Virus record (IMG/VR): IMGVR_UViG_3300042446_000574
Reading direction: 5' to 3' (one strand)
DNA: 64,000 nt
Origin: an uncultured virus (IMG/VR IMGVR_UViG_3300042446_000574)
Lineage: Duplodnaviria > Heunggongvirae > Uroviricota > Caudoviricetes
A model generated the notes under the pieces. That model saw nothing but the letters and a program-made list of their open reading frames with translations. It made no database searches and had not been told where the DNA came from. Made by a program: the position numbers and the translations under genes. Shown here piece after piece: positions 10,694 to 19,304 of the stretch. Numbering within the stretch: position 1 is the first letter of the stretch; the number at the start of each line of letters is the position of its first letter.

Positions 10694-11892
10694 AGCTGAG
10701 CGACTGGCGTATTTTGGTAAATAATTTCAAATGAAACACCAATATCCGTCGCCCTGTTGTTATCCGTGTTTATTTCCCCGTTGGCAATGGTAACATTTAC
10801 ATATTTGCCATTCTCAATAATGTACACCTCAGGACTGTTAAACATTGTGGCAATGTACAACGCATCTTCATGACTTACCGCCACCGTGACCGTCTTACTT
10901 TTGTTTGACCTTTGATTAACTTTAATTACATTTTTATCAAACGTGTTAGCCTTTGGACTTGCGGCAATGTTCCACCGTTGCGCAAGGTTAATCGTGTCCG
11001 CGTTGCTTGTTTGCTTATCAATCATTAAGCCTGTGAACTGGTAACTTTCTGCGCCGCCATGTTTACCAAACCAATGAAGCTCAATGTTATCATTACAATT
11101 TGGATAAATGTAAATGCGTTGCCTTTCGCTTAGGCGCGTGTATGCACCTGAGTAAACACCAACGGAAACATCGTAATAATCGTATAAATCTGGGTTCGTT
11201 GGAAAATTGCCAGCGTGAAATATGGCAGTGTTCCCAAATATATTTGATACACCAGCGGACAATGAATATAAGTCATTGTTTGCCGTGGAGTTTAAATTGT
11301 CAACAATGGTAACGGCTGAGCTTCCTGACTTAAAATAAAATTCAAATTGAGCCGCATTTGTCCCACGTCCCAAGTAACTTAAAAATATATTACCTGAGGA
11401 ATTGCATTTTATAAAATCATTCCTTTGTGTAAGGAATAAGAAAGGATTCGCCGACGGTTGATAAAAGTCACCTAAATCATATTCCCCATCGACAAACAAG
11501 GAAGGCAAAACGTATGCCGTGGTGCTACTTTGCGAAGCCGTGGAGGTAACAACAAAGCCCGATGAATTAATTGTTTGATTAAACGCCGTGCAATACAATG
11601 ATGAAATAACGTCGGTATTATTTGTAAGGCTAAACCCGTAAAGATTTCCGAAAAAACTTGTTTTGGCGTTTGTCTTTGGTGCAAGTTGCGTAATCAAGAA
11701 CGATTGGACATTTGTGTCAAAAACCGCCGACGTTCCACTTGTTCCCGTTTGGGCTGCTAAGAATGAGCCTTCAAGAGTTCCGTCAAGGTAAACATTTACT
11801 TGCTGCTGGATAACGCCTGAGGGTTCAATGGAGCGAAAAGCCACGGGGTAAAGGGAACTTGATATGGTATCAGGGTTTATCGTGTAACTCAT
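10690..11892 (-). CDS. Minor tail (distal-tail-like) protein (400 aa)
   Basis: C-terminal W.GKHGG.ESY.F and SPEVYI motifs; tail cluster. Confidence 0.55.
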   Translation of the reverse strand: MSYTINPDTISSSLYPVAFRSIEPSGVIQQQVNVYLDGTLEGSFLAAQTGTSGTSAVFDTNVQSFLITQLAPKTNAKTSFFGNLYGFSLTNNTDVISSLYCTAFNQTINSSGFVVTSTASQSSTTAYVLPSLFVDGEYDLGDFYQPSANPFLFLTQRNDFIKCNSSGNIFLSYLGRGTNAAQFEFYFKSGSSAVTIVDNLNSTANNDLYSLSAGVSNIFGNTAIFHAGNFPTNPDLYDYYDVSVGVYSGAYTRLSERQRIYIYPNCNDNIELHWFGKHGGAESYQFTGLMIDKQTSNADTINLAQRWNIAASPKANTFDKNVIKVNQRSNKSKTVTVAVSHEDALYIATMFNSPEVYIIENGKYVNVTIANGEINTDNNRATDIGVSFEIIYQNTPVAQL

Positions 11893-12416
11893 CTGTTAAG
11901 TATTGATTTGTAAAATGTTTCAACCGTTGTTTCAATGCTATATGTAATCGCCATGTTTATCAAGTCAGCCATTTCAGCCTCCTTCTTTTCAAGTGCCTGT
12001 TCAATGAAGCCCGTGCGTTTTCCCGTCTTTGAATGCTTTTGACTTTTAATCGTTGGCATTCCTTCTTTCTTATGTTTACTTGCAATGGCGAAGGCTATTG
12101 ACTTTGCTTCTTTATCGGAAGCGCCAAACCTTTGTTTTGCGTATTTCATCAGCCCTTTAATGTATTCGCTTTCCTTCCGTCCGCTACCTGGGTAATAAGG
12201 AATCCGTGCCGCCGTGACCCCTGAGTTGTTTATCGCCATGTAATCAGGAACAAAGCCTTCAATGATAATCTTATCGGTTTCCATGCGAATAACCGTCTCC
12301 ATGTTCTTAATCGCTGCCCCTGTCAAGTTGTGCCCTTGTGCTTTCCATTCATTCGCCACGGCGTCAATCGCCATTTGCGCAATGTCATCCGCTAACTTTT
12401 GTAACTCTTTCTCCAT
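11889..12416 (-). CDS. Neck / tail-completion protein (HK97 gp10-like, tentative)
   Basis: Basic 175 aa with a LTG motif and C-terminal R..FI..A. Confidence 0.45.
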   Translation of the reverse strand: MEKELQKLADDIAQMAIDAVANEWKAQGHNLTGAAIKNMETVIRMETDKIIIEGFVPDYMAINNSGVTAARIPYYPGSGRKESEYIKGLMKYAKQRFGASDKEAKSIAFAIASKHKKEGMPTIKSQKHSKTGKRTGFIEQALEKKEAEMADLINMAITYSIETTVETFYKSILNR

Positions 12417-12420
12417 AATG

Positions 12421-12445
12421 AAAAAGGTAACCCCGAAGGGCTACC
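12421..12445 (-). terminator. Intrinsic terminator GGTAGCCC-TTCG-GGGTTACC-TTTTT
   Basis: UUCG-capped hairpin plus T-run; identical in copy B (53645-53669). Confidence 0.7.
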
Positions 12446-12453
12446 GTGTTTTT

Positions 12454-12843
12454 TTAATCAACGCGCAAGGTGAGCGCTAAGGCATTGAATTTCACTTCAT
12501 CACCAACCGCAATGGTTTTTGACGTGGTTAATAATCCATGAAACAAAAGGTTTCCAGCCGCCGAGGAATCAAAGACGCCCACGTAATCAGCCACCGCCGA
12601 AGGTGATGCACTTGTGGTAATCGTCAACGCCGCCGTGTTGCTTATCGTTGCCGTGCTTCCCGTGGTTGTTGTCCAACCGCCTGCAGCAACCGAGGCGCGC
12701 GTATAAAGAGCCGTGCCACCTGTGCCCGTGTCCGTTGGATTTCCGTTGAATAATTGTACCCATGTCGCCGTAGGCGGCGTCGGGAACGCTCCGCCGTTAA
12801 TCCAGTCAAGTATCTCATTTTCCATGTAATTTGAAAAAGCCAT
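12454..12843 (-). CDS. Small tail-fibre-associated structural protein (129 aa)
   Basis: MAFSNY.E start and D...GN.L..G.L...KT...GD motif common in phage fibre-associated proteins. Confidence 0.55.
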   Translation of the reverse strand: MAFSNYMENEILDWINGGAFPTPPTATWVQLFNGNPTDTGTGGTALYTRASVAAGGWTTTTGSTATISNTAALTITTSASPSAVADYVGVFDSSAAGNLLFHGLLTTSKTIAVGDEVKFNALALTLRVD

Positions 12844-12854
12844 GATATTTATTT

Positions 12855-13250
12855 TTAGTTAAGGTTAAATTCTGTATTTAATTCCCAATTTCCTATTTCC
12901 TCATTCCATATATACATATTATCATCGTTAGGATAAGGTACAGGTGATTCCCATAGGCAAGAGAATTCATTTAGTATCCAAGATGCATAAGGTTTTGGTG
13001 GTATAAATGCATCTCTTTGTTCGTCGTAATAGTAACCAATGCCCGCATAGTTTTTTCTAAATGCTTTACTTTGGTTTTCACTTGGTATTCCATTAAAATA
13101 ATGAATGCCACCATTAGTGTTGTATGATGTTCTTTTGTAAATTTCACCTGTTTGTTGGCTAATTTCTACTTCTCTATGTTCATCTTCGTCCCTTGCTACG
13201 GTTACAAAGACTACATAATTTTCAGCGTTTAATTTTGCAAAGTGTGCCAT
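12855..13250 (-). CDS. Partner or chaperone of the glycine-rich fibre protein
   Basis: MAHFAKL...RKNYAGIGY.YD...DAFIPPKPY.SW family, usually found beside Gly-rich phage proteins. Confidence 0.6.
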   Translation of the reverse strand: MAHFAKLNAENYVVFVTVARDEDEHREVEISQQTGEIYKRTSYNTNGGIHYFNGIPSENQSKAFRKNYAGIGYYYDEQRDAFIPPKPYASWILNEFSCLWESPVPYPNDDNMYIWNEEIGNWELNTEFNLN

Positions 13251-13251
13251 A

Positions 13252-14871
13252 TTAACTAAATGTTACGGTTTCAGAAGTTGTTGTTGTTGCCGTTATTGTT
13301 ATTATTTTATATCCACCAGACGTTACCGTTGTTTGAGTAACACCAGAGCTAAATGTTGCGGTTTTTGTGTCTGGTATTTTTATTATTATAATTCCTGAAC
13401 CGCCAGATGAACCAGGAGTATTATATCCAGCACCACCTCCTCCTCCAGTATTTACAGTACCATTTATAGATTCTGTAGATCCTCTACCTTTTCCACCACC
13501 TCCAGAACCTCCAGAACCTCCAGTACCAGAACCAGCACTACCACCACCACCACCAGCATATACTAATAAACTTCCTGAAATATTAGTACTTATTCCATTC
13601 CCTCCATTACCTGGAATGCTACCAGAAGCACTACCACCATTTACACCAGCTCCACCACCAGCTCCACAACTTGCAGCTCCCGTAGGGGCGCCATTACCAC
13701 CATTATTTCCTTGAGAAGGAGACGTAATAGGTGTATTTCCACTACCACCTAAAACTCCAATAAAAGGATTAAAATTAAAGGAACCACCACCGCCACCAGA
13801 ACCACCATTTAAGCCTGCGTTATTAGTGCCACTAAAAGAACCACCACCTCCTCCACCATTTGATGTTATAATGTTAAAATTAGAATTAGAACCATTAGAT
13901 CCTCTTGCACCACCAGAACTAGAACCACTGCCGCCAGCACCAACAATAACTGAATAGTTTTGATTTAAGATTATAAATTGACTACTAAAATTCCTGTAAC
14001 CTCCAGCACCTCCACCACCAAAACCACCACCTCCTCCACCACCAGCAACTACAAGGTAATCAACTGATATTTCAGCCGAAGGCGCATTTACCGTCAAATC
14101 TGCCGTTGTTGTCCCAGTGGCTAACAAGGAGGCTTGCGGCAACTTGCTAATCAATGCCGATGCGTTTACATTTGCCGACGTTAACAAGGAGGCTTGCGCC
14201 TTTTGCACAAAGTTAATATCACCCGTCAATGATCCTAAAGCGGATAAATTAGCTTGCGCCTTTTGAACAAAGTTAATGTCAGCCGTCACCGTTGCCCGTG
14301 CTTCCAAACTTGCGGCAAATTTCAACACCGTGGTCAATGATGCGGTCAAGTTGCTCGATGTTACAATGTTTGCAATACACTGAACCAACGCGATAACGCC
14401 AGGGTCGCAATTCGTGGGAACGACTAAATTAAAACTAAGTTGCACGGTAATCATTCTTTGAAGGCCCGTAAAGGAATCAAAGGTAATCGACGGCGCTTCG
14501 GGAATAAAAAGGTAATTGGGTAAAATGCTTTGCTTAATCTTATTCAGCCTTTGTACAAAGTAATTTGCATACTGTTGAAGATTTGCCCATTTGTCAATTT
14601 GTAACGTCGGGTCTTCATCGCCCTCGTTATCGTATCCAAGTAAATCGTCAAAGAAAATGGTCACTTGATACGTGTCTTGTTTCCTTGTTTGGTCCGAGCC
14701 TGTTATCGTTGGCACGGAAAAGAAAACGCGCGGAAACTCGTTCAATTCTTGAAAGTCCTCAGTGTTTCCCTGTCGAACACGGTCGGAAGCCCAACCGAAA
14801 TTGTAGCTTTTTATCGCCGTTATGTTATCCGCGGTATCTTTGAAAATGTCGCTTATTTCCCTGATGTTCAT
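13252..14871 (-). CDS. Modular virion protein: conserved N-domain, 20-aa repeat stalk, glycine-rich C-terminal domain
   Basis: N-terminal ~200 aa shared with 54311-56101; YLVVAGGGGGG...GGSGIIII domain. Confidence 0.7.
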   Translation of the reverse strand: MNIREISDIFKDTADNITAIKSYNFGWASDRVRQGNTEDFQELNEFPRVFFSVPTITGSDQTRKQDTYQVTIFFDDLLGYDNEGDEDPTLQIDKWANLQQYANYFVQRLNKIKQSILPNYLFIPEAPSITFDSFTGLQRMITVQLSFNLVVPTNCDPGVIALVQCIANIVTSSNLTASLTTVLKFAASLEARATVTADINFVQKAQANLSALGSLTGDINFVQKAQASLLTSANVNASALISKLPQASLLATGTTTADLTVNAPSAEISVDYLVVAGGGGGGGFGGGGAGGYRNFSSQFIILNQNYSVIVGAGGSGSSSGGARGSNGSNSNFNIITSNGGGGGGSFSGTNNAGLNGGSGGGGGSFNFNPFIGVLGGSGNTPITSPSQGNNGGNGAPTGAASCGAGGGAGVNGGSASGSIPGNGGNGISTNISGSLLVYAGGGGGSAGSGTGGSGGSGGGGKGRGSTESINGTVNTGGGGGAGYNTPGSSGGSGIIIIKIPDTKTATFSSGVTQTTVTSGGYKIITITATTTTSETVTFS

Positions 14872-15152
14872 TTTTTACTTTGCTTTTGTATCTCATTGTA
14901 AAGATTATCCTCAGCCGCTTTGCTCGCAAGGTATTGAAATACCTCGTACAAATTTGCCTTTTCGCTTGATTGTAAGGGCGTCAAGCCTGCCAAGTTAAAC
15001 AATCCGCACTCAGCTATTTTCTTAATCGTCAAGTACCAACCGTATTTATCATTCAGTTGTCTTGAAGCTGCGGCATACTTTCCATCGCCTTGCGAAGCAT
15101 AGAGGTCTGCAAATCGACTTGATAACTCTCGCTTAACTTCGTCAAAAAAAAA
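14868..15152 (-). CDS. -1 frameshift extension of the tail assembly chaperone (FFDEVKRELSS...QKQSKK)
   Basis: Open -1 frame from the T9 run (15144-15152) to the stop at 14868; no ATG of its own; conserved in B. Confidence 0.7.
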   Translation of the reverse strand, partial: FFFDEVKRELSSRFADLYASQGDGKYAAASRQLNDKYGWYLTIKKIAECGLFNLAGLTPLQSSEKANLYEVFQYLASKAAEDNLYNEIQKQSKK

Positions 15153-15946
15153 CCAATTTCAAAGCCAACTTGTAAAGGCAATTTTAAAAAGTCAATGCAA
15201 TTACGTTGAAATACCTCGTCACTGTACGCCTCATCTTTTTTCCTGAGCAACACGGCGATGACATGAAGCAAGCCTTGCGCATCATTGTTTTCAATCGCCT
15301 TGCGCCCCTTGTCAAATTGGGCTGCTTCCGCGAATTCAAGCAACGTGGATTTTGCCATTAGCTTATCAGGAAGATAATACAATGTTTCGTTGAAGTCATA
15401 AATCTGTTTATACTTAAGTTCTTCGGGTACGCTTATCGCATTGAGTATCTTTGAAAACATATAAGTCAAATATTTTAACTCCAGACTTTCCGCAACCTTG
15501 CCATAACAGGCGTCAAGGGGAATGCCCGTGAAATAATTTACCACCTTTGCCATGTACGGGTATTTTACCTGAGCCTCCCAGACTTCGTCCATGATTTCAA
15601 GGCACTTGTCCAATGCCTTTTGATTTGCGTTGAATTGGTCAATCAATGCTGGAAGGAAACGACGTACATTGTCTTTGACATTATTTGTCAAAAGGATTAT
15701 TTCCAATTCTTGCACGACGTCCGTCGGCGTTGTTTTCAAGTCAATGCCCAACTTCTTTACATAGGGTTTGATCTTTTCATACGCTGCCTTCATTTGCTTT
15801 TGTGCAATCAATGCGTCAAGTTCAACCTCAGGGTATTGAGGAAGGATAAACTTGTGGAAATAAACGTATTGTTCCAACGTTATATCCGCGGCGGTCTCAG
15901 GATAAAAATACTTTGTATCGGAGTGGCTTAAATGAAATTGTACCAT
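15053..15946 (-). CDS. Probable tail assembly chaperone (short form)
   Basis: GGT TTT TTT TTG slippery run near the 3' end with an open -1 frame. Confidence 0.6.
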   Translation of the reverse strand: MVQFHLSHSDTKYFYPETAADITLEQYVYFHKFILPQYPEVELDALIAQKQMKAAYEKIKPYVKKLGIDLKTTPTDVVQELEIILLTNNVKDNVRRFLPALIDQFNANQKALDKCLEIMDEVWEAQVKYPYMAKVVNYFTGIPLDACYGKVAESLELKYLTYMFSKILNAISVPEELKYKQIYDFNETLYYLPDKLMAKSTLLEFAEAAQFDKGRKAIENNDAQGLLHVIAVLLRKKDEAYSDEVFQRNCIDFLKLPLQVGFEIGFFLTKLSESYQVDLQTSMLRKAMESMPQLQDN

Positions 15947-16245
15947 TATTTTCGCTTGCTTTTTCTTGTTGGTTCTGGAATGTTATCTGCGATGCTTGCG
16001 CTCGGCTCAATGTTCTTTTGATTTTCATTAACCTTTGGGGTTAATACTTTTTCATGGCTCACCAATGGCAATGATTCAGGTCTTTTTAATTCCCTGTACA
16101 TTCCTGTGCCCGTCAACCGTACCGCCTTTTCCAAGTGAGAACGAAGCAAAAGAAGTTGTTTCCTTCGCATGGGGTATTCCTCAATTTCAAGTGTTATCAC
16201 CTTAATCAAGTCAATGATATAGTGAGCCTTTTCGTTGTTTGTCAT
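15946..16245 (-). CDS. Hypothetical protein (99 aa)
   Basis: Conserved in B (57176-57475). Confidence 0.65.
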   Translation of the reverse strand: MTNNEKAHYIIDLIKVITLEIEEYPMRRKQLLLLRSHLEKAVRLTGTGMYRELKRPESLPLVSHEKVLTPKVNENQKNIEPSASIADNIPEPTRKSKRK

Positions 16246-16298
16246 TTCGTTATGATATTTTTTAAATGCAATTCCCTTGCTTTGTCCTTTGGTGTCAT
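16242..16298 (-). pseudogene. 18-codon remnant MTPKDKARELHLKNIITK of the 80-aa ORF seen in copy B
   Basis: In-frame 186-bp difference between 12-bp direct repeats AAATGCAATTCC. Confidence 0.75.
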
Positions 16299-16522
16299 AT
16301 ACTTTCTATTTCGTGTTCAACCTCTTCCCACCAATAATATTCATCTTCGCTGCCTTCTACCTCAATGTTCCATTTTTCTTTCATAACCTCCCGTGCGGTA
16401 AACAAGGCGCTTTGCTTTGCAAGGATTGAAACAAGGATCTCCTGTCCAAGTTCGCCTCCGATGCTTTGAATAAGGTTGTGGTAATGGGTGAATAATTCCT
16501 CTGCTTTTTCTTTTGGCGTCAT
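16295..16522 (-). CDS. MTPKEKAEEL-family mini-protein
   Basis: Paralogous N- and C-terminal motifs; ATGA stop/start overlap. Confidence 0.75.
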   Translation of the reverse strand: MTPKEKAEELFTHYHNLIQSIGGELGQEILVSILAKQSALFTAREVMKEKWNIEVEGSEDEYYWWEEVEHEIESI

Positions 16523-16770
16523 AGGTTTTGTATTTCTTTTTTTACTTCTTTCCAATAATTAATGGAAGGGGATGTGTCATGTGTAGCCGTTAAAAGATAA
16601 TGGATTTTTATTAACTCATCCACGGCAACCAAGGCGCATTTTTTAGCATTATTTTTTTTCATGTTATCGCCTAAAAATGAGGTTATTTCATTCCTGAACT
16701 TATCAATTAACTCCTCTGCTTTTTCTTTTGGTGTCATAGGTTTTGTATTTCTTTTTTTACTTCTTTCCAA
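16497..16770. repeat. 59-bp direct repeat (16497-16555 and 16712-16770) spanning mini-ORF junctions
   Basis: One mismatch; partial third copy at ~16931-16958. Confidence 0.9.
16519..16737 (-). CDS. MTPKEKAEEL-family mini-protein
   Basis: MTPKEKAEEL...AKKCALVAVDE...YWKEVK.EI. Confidence 0.75.
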   Translation of the reverse strand: MTPKEKAEELIDKFRNEITSFLGDNMKKNNAKKCALVAVDELIKIHYLLTATHDTSPSINYWKEVKKEIQNL

Positions 16771-16958
16771 AAATTAGTGTGTTCAATGCTATTATGTTTC
16801 CAAATAGCACATTTTAAAATTTCATCAACCGCAGTCAACGCGTGTCCTTTTGCCTTGGATGAATCAATATATTCCACCCAGCCTTTTGTTTCTGTTAAAA
16901 TTTTTCTGCGTTCACTAAATTTATTTACTAATTCCTCTGCTTTTTCTTTTGGTGTCAT
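16734..16958 (-). CDS. MTPKEKAEEL-family mini-protein (copy A only)
   Basis: Same motifs; absent in B. Confidence 0.75.
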   Translation of the reverse strand: MTPKEKAEELVNKFSERRKILTETKGWVEYIDSSKAKGHALTAVDEILKCAIWKHNSIEHTNFWKEVKKEIQNL

Positions 16959-16964
16959 GTCTTT

Positions 16965-18194
16965 TTAATTATGCGCAAGTGAATCAGAGCCTTGCATTAA
17001 ACGAAGTGAGGCATAGCGAACTCCGTCAATCCCGTGCTGATGCATATCCATTGGCGTTGAAGATTTCTTGTCATTCCAAATATAATTCCTTAATTCAAAC
17101 TTTAAATTATACGATTCCTCTGTTACAACAATCGTAAAATCAAGCATTCGTTTTATTCCGTCAACCACGCTGCCAGCGTACTTTTCCGTTTTATTCACAT
17201 TGATTCCGTTTGACAAAAGCGCGTCAATCAAACGTGGCTCACTTGTATCAGCAACAATCATAGCATCCGTTTCAACCTCATTCCTAATCTTTGTAACAAC
17301 CATGTCATAAGAAAGGCTTTGTTCGTAAATGATTTCCTTTACATAAATCTTATTTGCCGTGGTATCAACCGCAACTTTGACAAGCGCCAAGGGGTCTGGA
17401 TAAAATCCGAAGTCAAGCCCGTAGGCGAAAGGTAGGCTTGTATCAAATTCGCCCTCCACCCAGTTTGGAAATATTACGCCATGTTTCTTATCCAGCCACT
17501 TGCCCAAAAACCTGTGCGCGTATGCCTCAGGTGACTTGCTTTTAATCGCCTCAATCTTTGCGATGTAATCCTTGCTTATATTATGGTAATTGTCAAGGTA
17601 CGTCGTATGAATATGCGTTATGTCCTCATGCGTGCTTATCGGGATTGAATGCCCGTCAATCGTCTCCATGCGGTGCGACTTTTCAAACCAACGTTTCCAA
17701 ATCCAATGCTCCACGTCTTGCGGGTTCATGACAAGGATAACAAGGTTAGGGGTGTCAGGCATACGAATGGATTCGTCAATGGTATCGAAGTCCTTTTCGC
17801 TTACGAATTCCTCAGCCTCGTCCACGATGAAAACATTGAGCCCAGGTATTGACTTTAACTTTGCCGTTTGATTTCCTGAACTTGTTTTGATTCCTGAAAA
17901 GATTATTTCACTCTTTGTAACCTTGTGACCAATTTGCGCGTTCGTCATGTTGAACTCGTCACCCACGCCAAGCAAGTCAATCTTTTCCCTGAACTCAGGG
18001 ATAACGGAAATGTTGGCGCTTGATAACGTGTACCTTGTAAACAGTACCTTCCAATTTTTGTAAGCAAGTAACATATTACAAGCCCAAAGCCCCACGGTGA
18101 AAGACTTTGCCGAACCACGTCCACCCGTGATGAGGAAGTAACGCGTCCGCGGTTGCCAAAGGGCTTGGTATTTGTCACTAACTTTTATCTCCAT
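16965..18194 (-). CDS. terL: Terminase large subunit (PBSX-like)
   Basis: GGRGSAKS Walker A, IVDEAEE Walker B, GLDFG nuclease motif, H.IDG.RY. Confidence 0.93.
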   Translation of the reverse strand: MEIKVSDKYQALWQPRTRYFLITGGRGSAKSFTVGLWACNMLLAYKNWKVLFTRYTLSSANISVIPEFREKIDLLGVGDEFNMTNAQIGHKVTKSEIIFSGIKTSSGNQTAKLKSIPGLNVFIVDEAEEFVSEKDFDTIDESIRMPDTPNLVILVMNPQDVEHWIWKRWFEKSHRMETIDGHSIPISTHEDITHIHTTYLDNYHNISKDYIAKIEAIKSKSPEAYAHRFLGKWLDKKHGVIFPNWVEGEFDTSLPFAYGLDFGFYPDPLALVKVAVDTTANKIYVKEIIYEQSLSYDMVVTKIRNEVETDAMIVADTSEPRLIDALLSNGINVNKTEKYAGSVVDGIKRMLDFTIVVTEESYNLKFELRNYIWNDKKSSTPMDMHQHGIDGVRYASLRLMQGSDSLAHN

Positions 18195-18486
18195 CCTTTG
18201 TAAATATAATCGTTGGCACGGTCACCTTTTCCCCCTGCGTCGTGATATCAATGTTTTGCTTTGCCTTGCCATAAGCACGGTCAAGGAGCAACTGAGCCGC
18301 CTTGATGTCACCCTTTGCCGCCTGTTCCCTTAGCTTCATGATAATTGCCTCGGCTGCGGTAATACCGTCTTTTTCCTGACCCATGACATTTGCCATGATA
18401 AGGTCAAGGGCGGGAAGTTTTTTAGGGCGACCTGTTCCAACCGTGTTTCCTGATTTCAATTTGCCTCCGTGTTTTCCTTCCCTCAT
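18178..18486 (-). CDS. terS: Terminase small subunit (GRPK-type)
   Basis: GRPKK and A.KGDIKAAQLLLDRAYGK motifs; directly upstream of terL. Confidence 0.75.
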   Translation of the reverse strand: MREGKHGGKLKSGNTVGTGRPKKLPALDLIMANVMGQEKDGITAAEAIIMKLREQAAKGDIKAAQLLLDRAYGKAKQNIDITTQGEKVTVPTIIFTKDGDKS

Positions 18487-19274
18487 GATTCGAGATTTAA
18501 ACGAGAATTGATTCCATTATTTTTAAAAACTTTCCAATCAACAAAATGATGAATACGGTTAAAACGTATTACAGTTTTTGCATATTGCGGCCACTGTGCC
18601 TCTAACATTTTTGCTTTTAAAAGTTTCTTTTTTGGGTCATTGCCTTTGTATAATTCATCTTGATTCCCTCCTTTCATTTTTTTGGACGTACTTACTTTAT
18701 TAATTGTATAATAAACACAACTTCCAGTACTACCTCCATTATGTAATACTTGTAAACACAAATCTACATCCTCATTATATTTAAGTCTCCACCGATAAGG
18801 CAAACTATTTTTTATTAACAATGCTGAATAAATATGACAATTATTTTTAAAAGGTTTTTTAGGTATTTTTCTAACAAAATTATATTCCTCAAATCCTCCC
18901 AAATCAATATTATTTTTTAATGTGTAATTTTCAATATATGACAAAGATGTTTTTATGTCTTTTATTTGACATCTTTTTCCATTAATCCATTTATAAAAAG
19001 ATGTTATGTTATCGTCAAATAACCAATGATGCGTATATCCTAATTTTATCGAATGCTCCCAACAAAAATTTCTTGCAGGAAAACTTCCAAGTCCTAAATT
19101 TGCAAAAGGTAATTTTAACACCCTTTCTTTTCCCAATTTATTTACATAACTATCATATTCTTGTGGCTCAACTGCTATTAAATAATCTAAGTTATCTGCT
19201 TCAAATAAATTTGCAGTCATTGTAACGTCAAATCTTCCTTTGCTAATTATGTAAACAGGGAATTTATTTTGCAT
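18483..19274 (-). CDS. GT-A fold glycosyltransferase (TET/JBP-associated or GREB1-like), candidate DNA modifier
   Basis: PVYIISKGR, ARN, HWLFDDNI, YNEDVDLCLQ and KGGN motifs; downstream of the ParB-like gene. Confidence 0.7.
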   Translation of the reverse strand: MQNKFPVYIISKGRFDVTMTANLFEADNLDYLIAVEPQEYDSYVNKLGKERVLKLPFANLGLGSFPARNFCWEHSIKLGYTHHWLFDDNITSFYKWINGKRCQIKDIKTSLSYIENYTLKNNIDLGGFEEYNFVRKIPKKPFKNNCHIYSALLIKNSLPYRWRLKYNEDVDLCLQVLHNGGSTGSCVYYTINKVSTSKKMKGGNQDELYKGNDPKKKLLKAKMLEAQWPQYAKTVIRFNRIHHFVDWKVFKNNGINSRLNLES

Positions 19275-19304
19275 ATTTTGTACTTAAATTAACGTGCCAT
19301 ACCC

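Noticed and set aside
13367..13714. Proline-rich + strand ORF
   Set aside because: Antisense shadow of GGT/GGA glycine codons.
16295..16958. CRISPR array or diversity-generating retroelement
   Set aside because: The repeats are coding junctions ~215 bp apart; there is no cas operon, no reverse transcriptase and no adenine-specific TR/VR pair.
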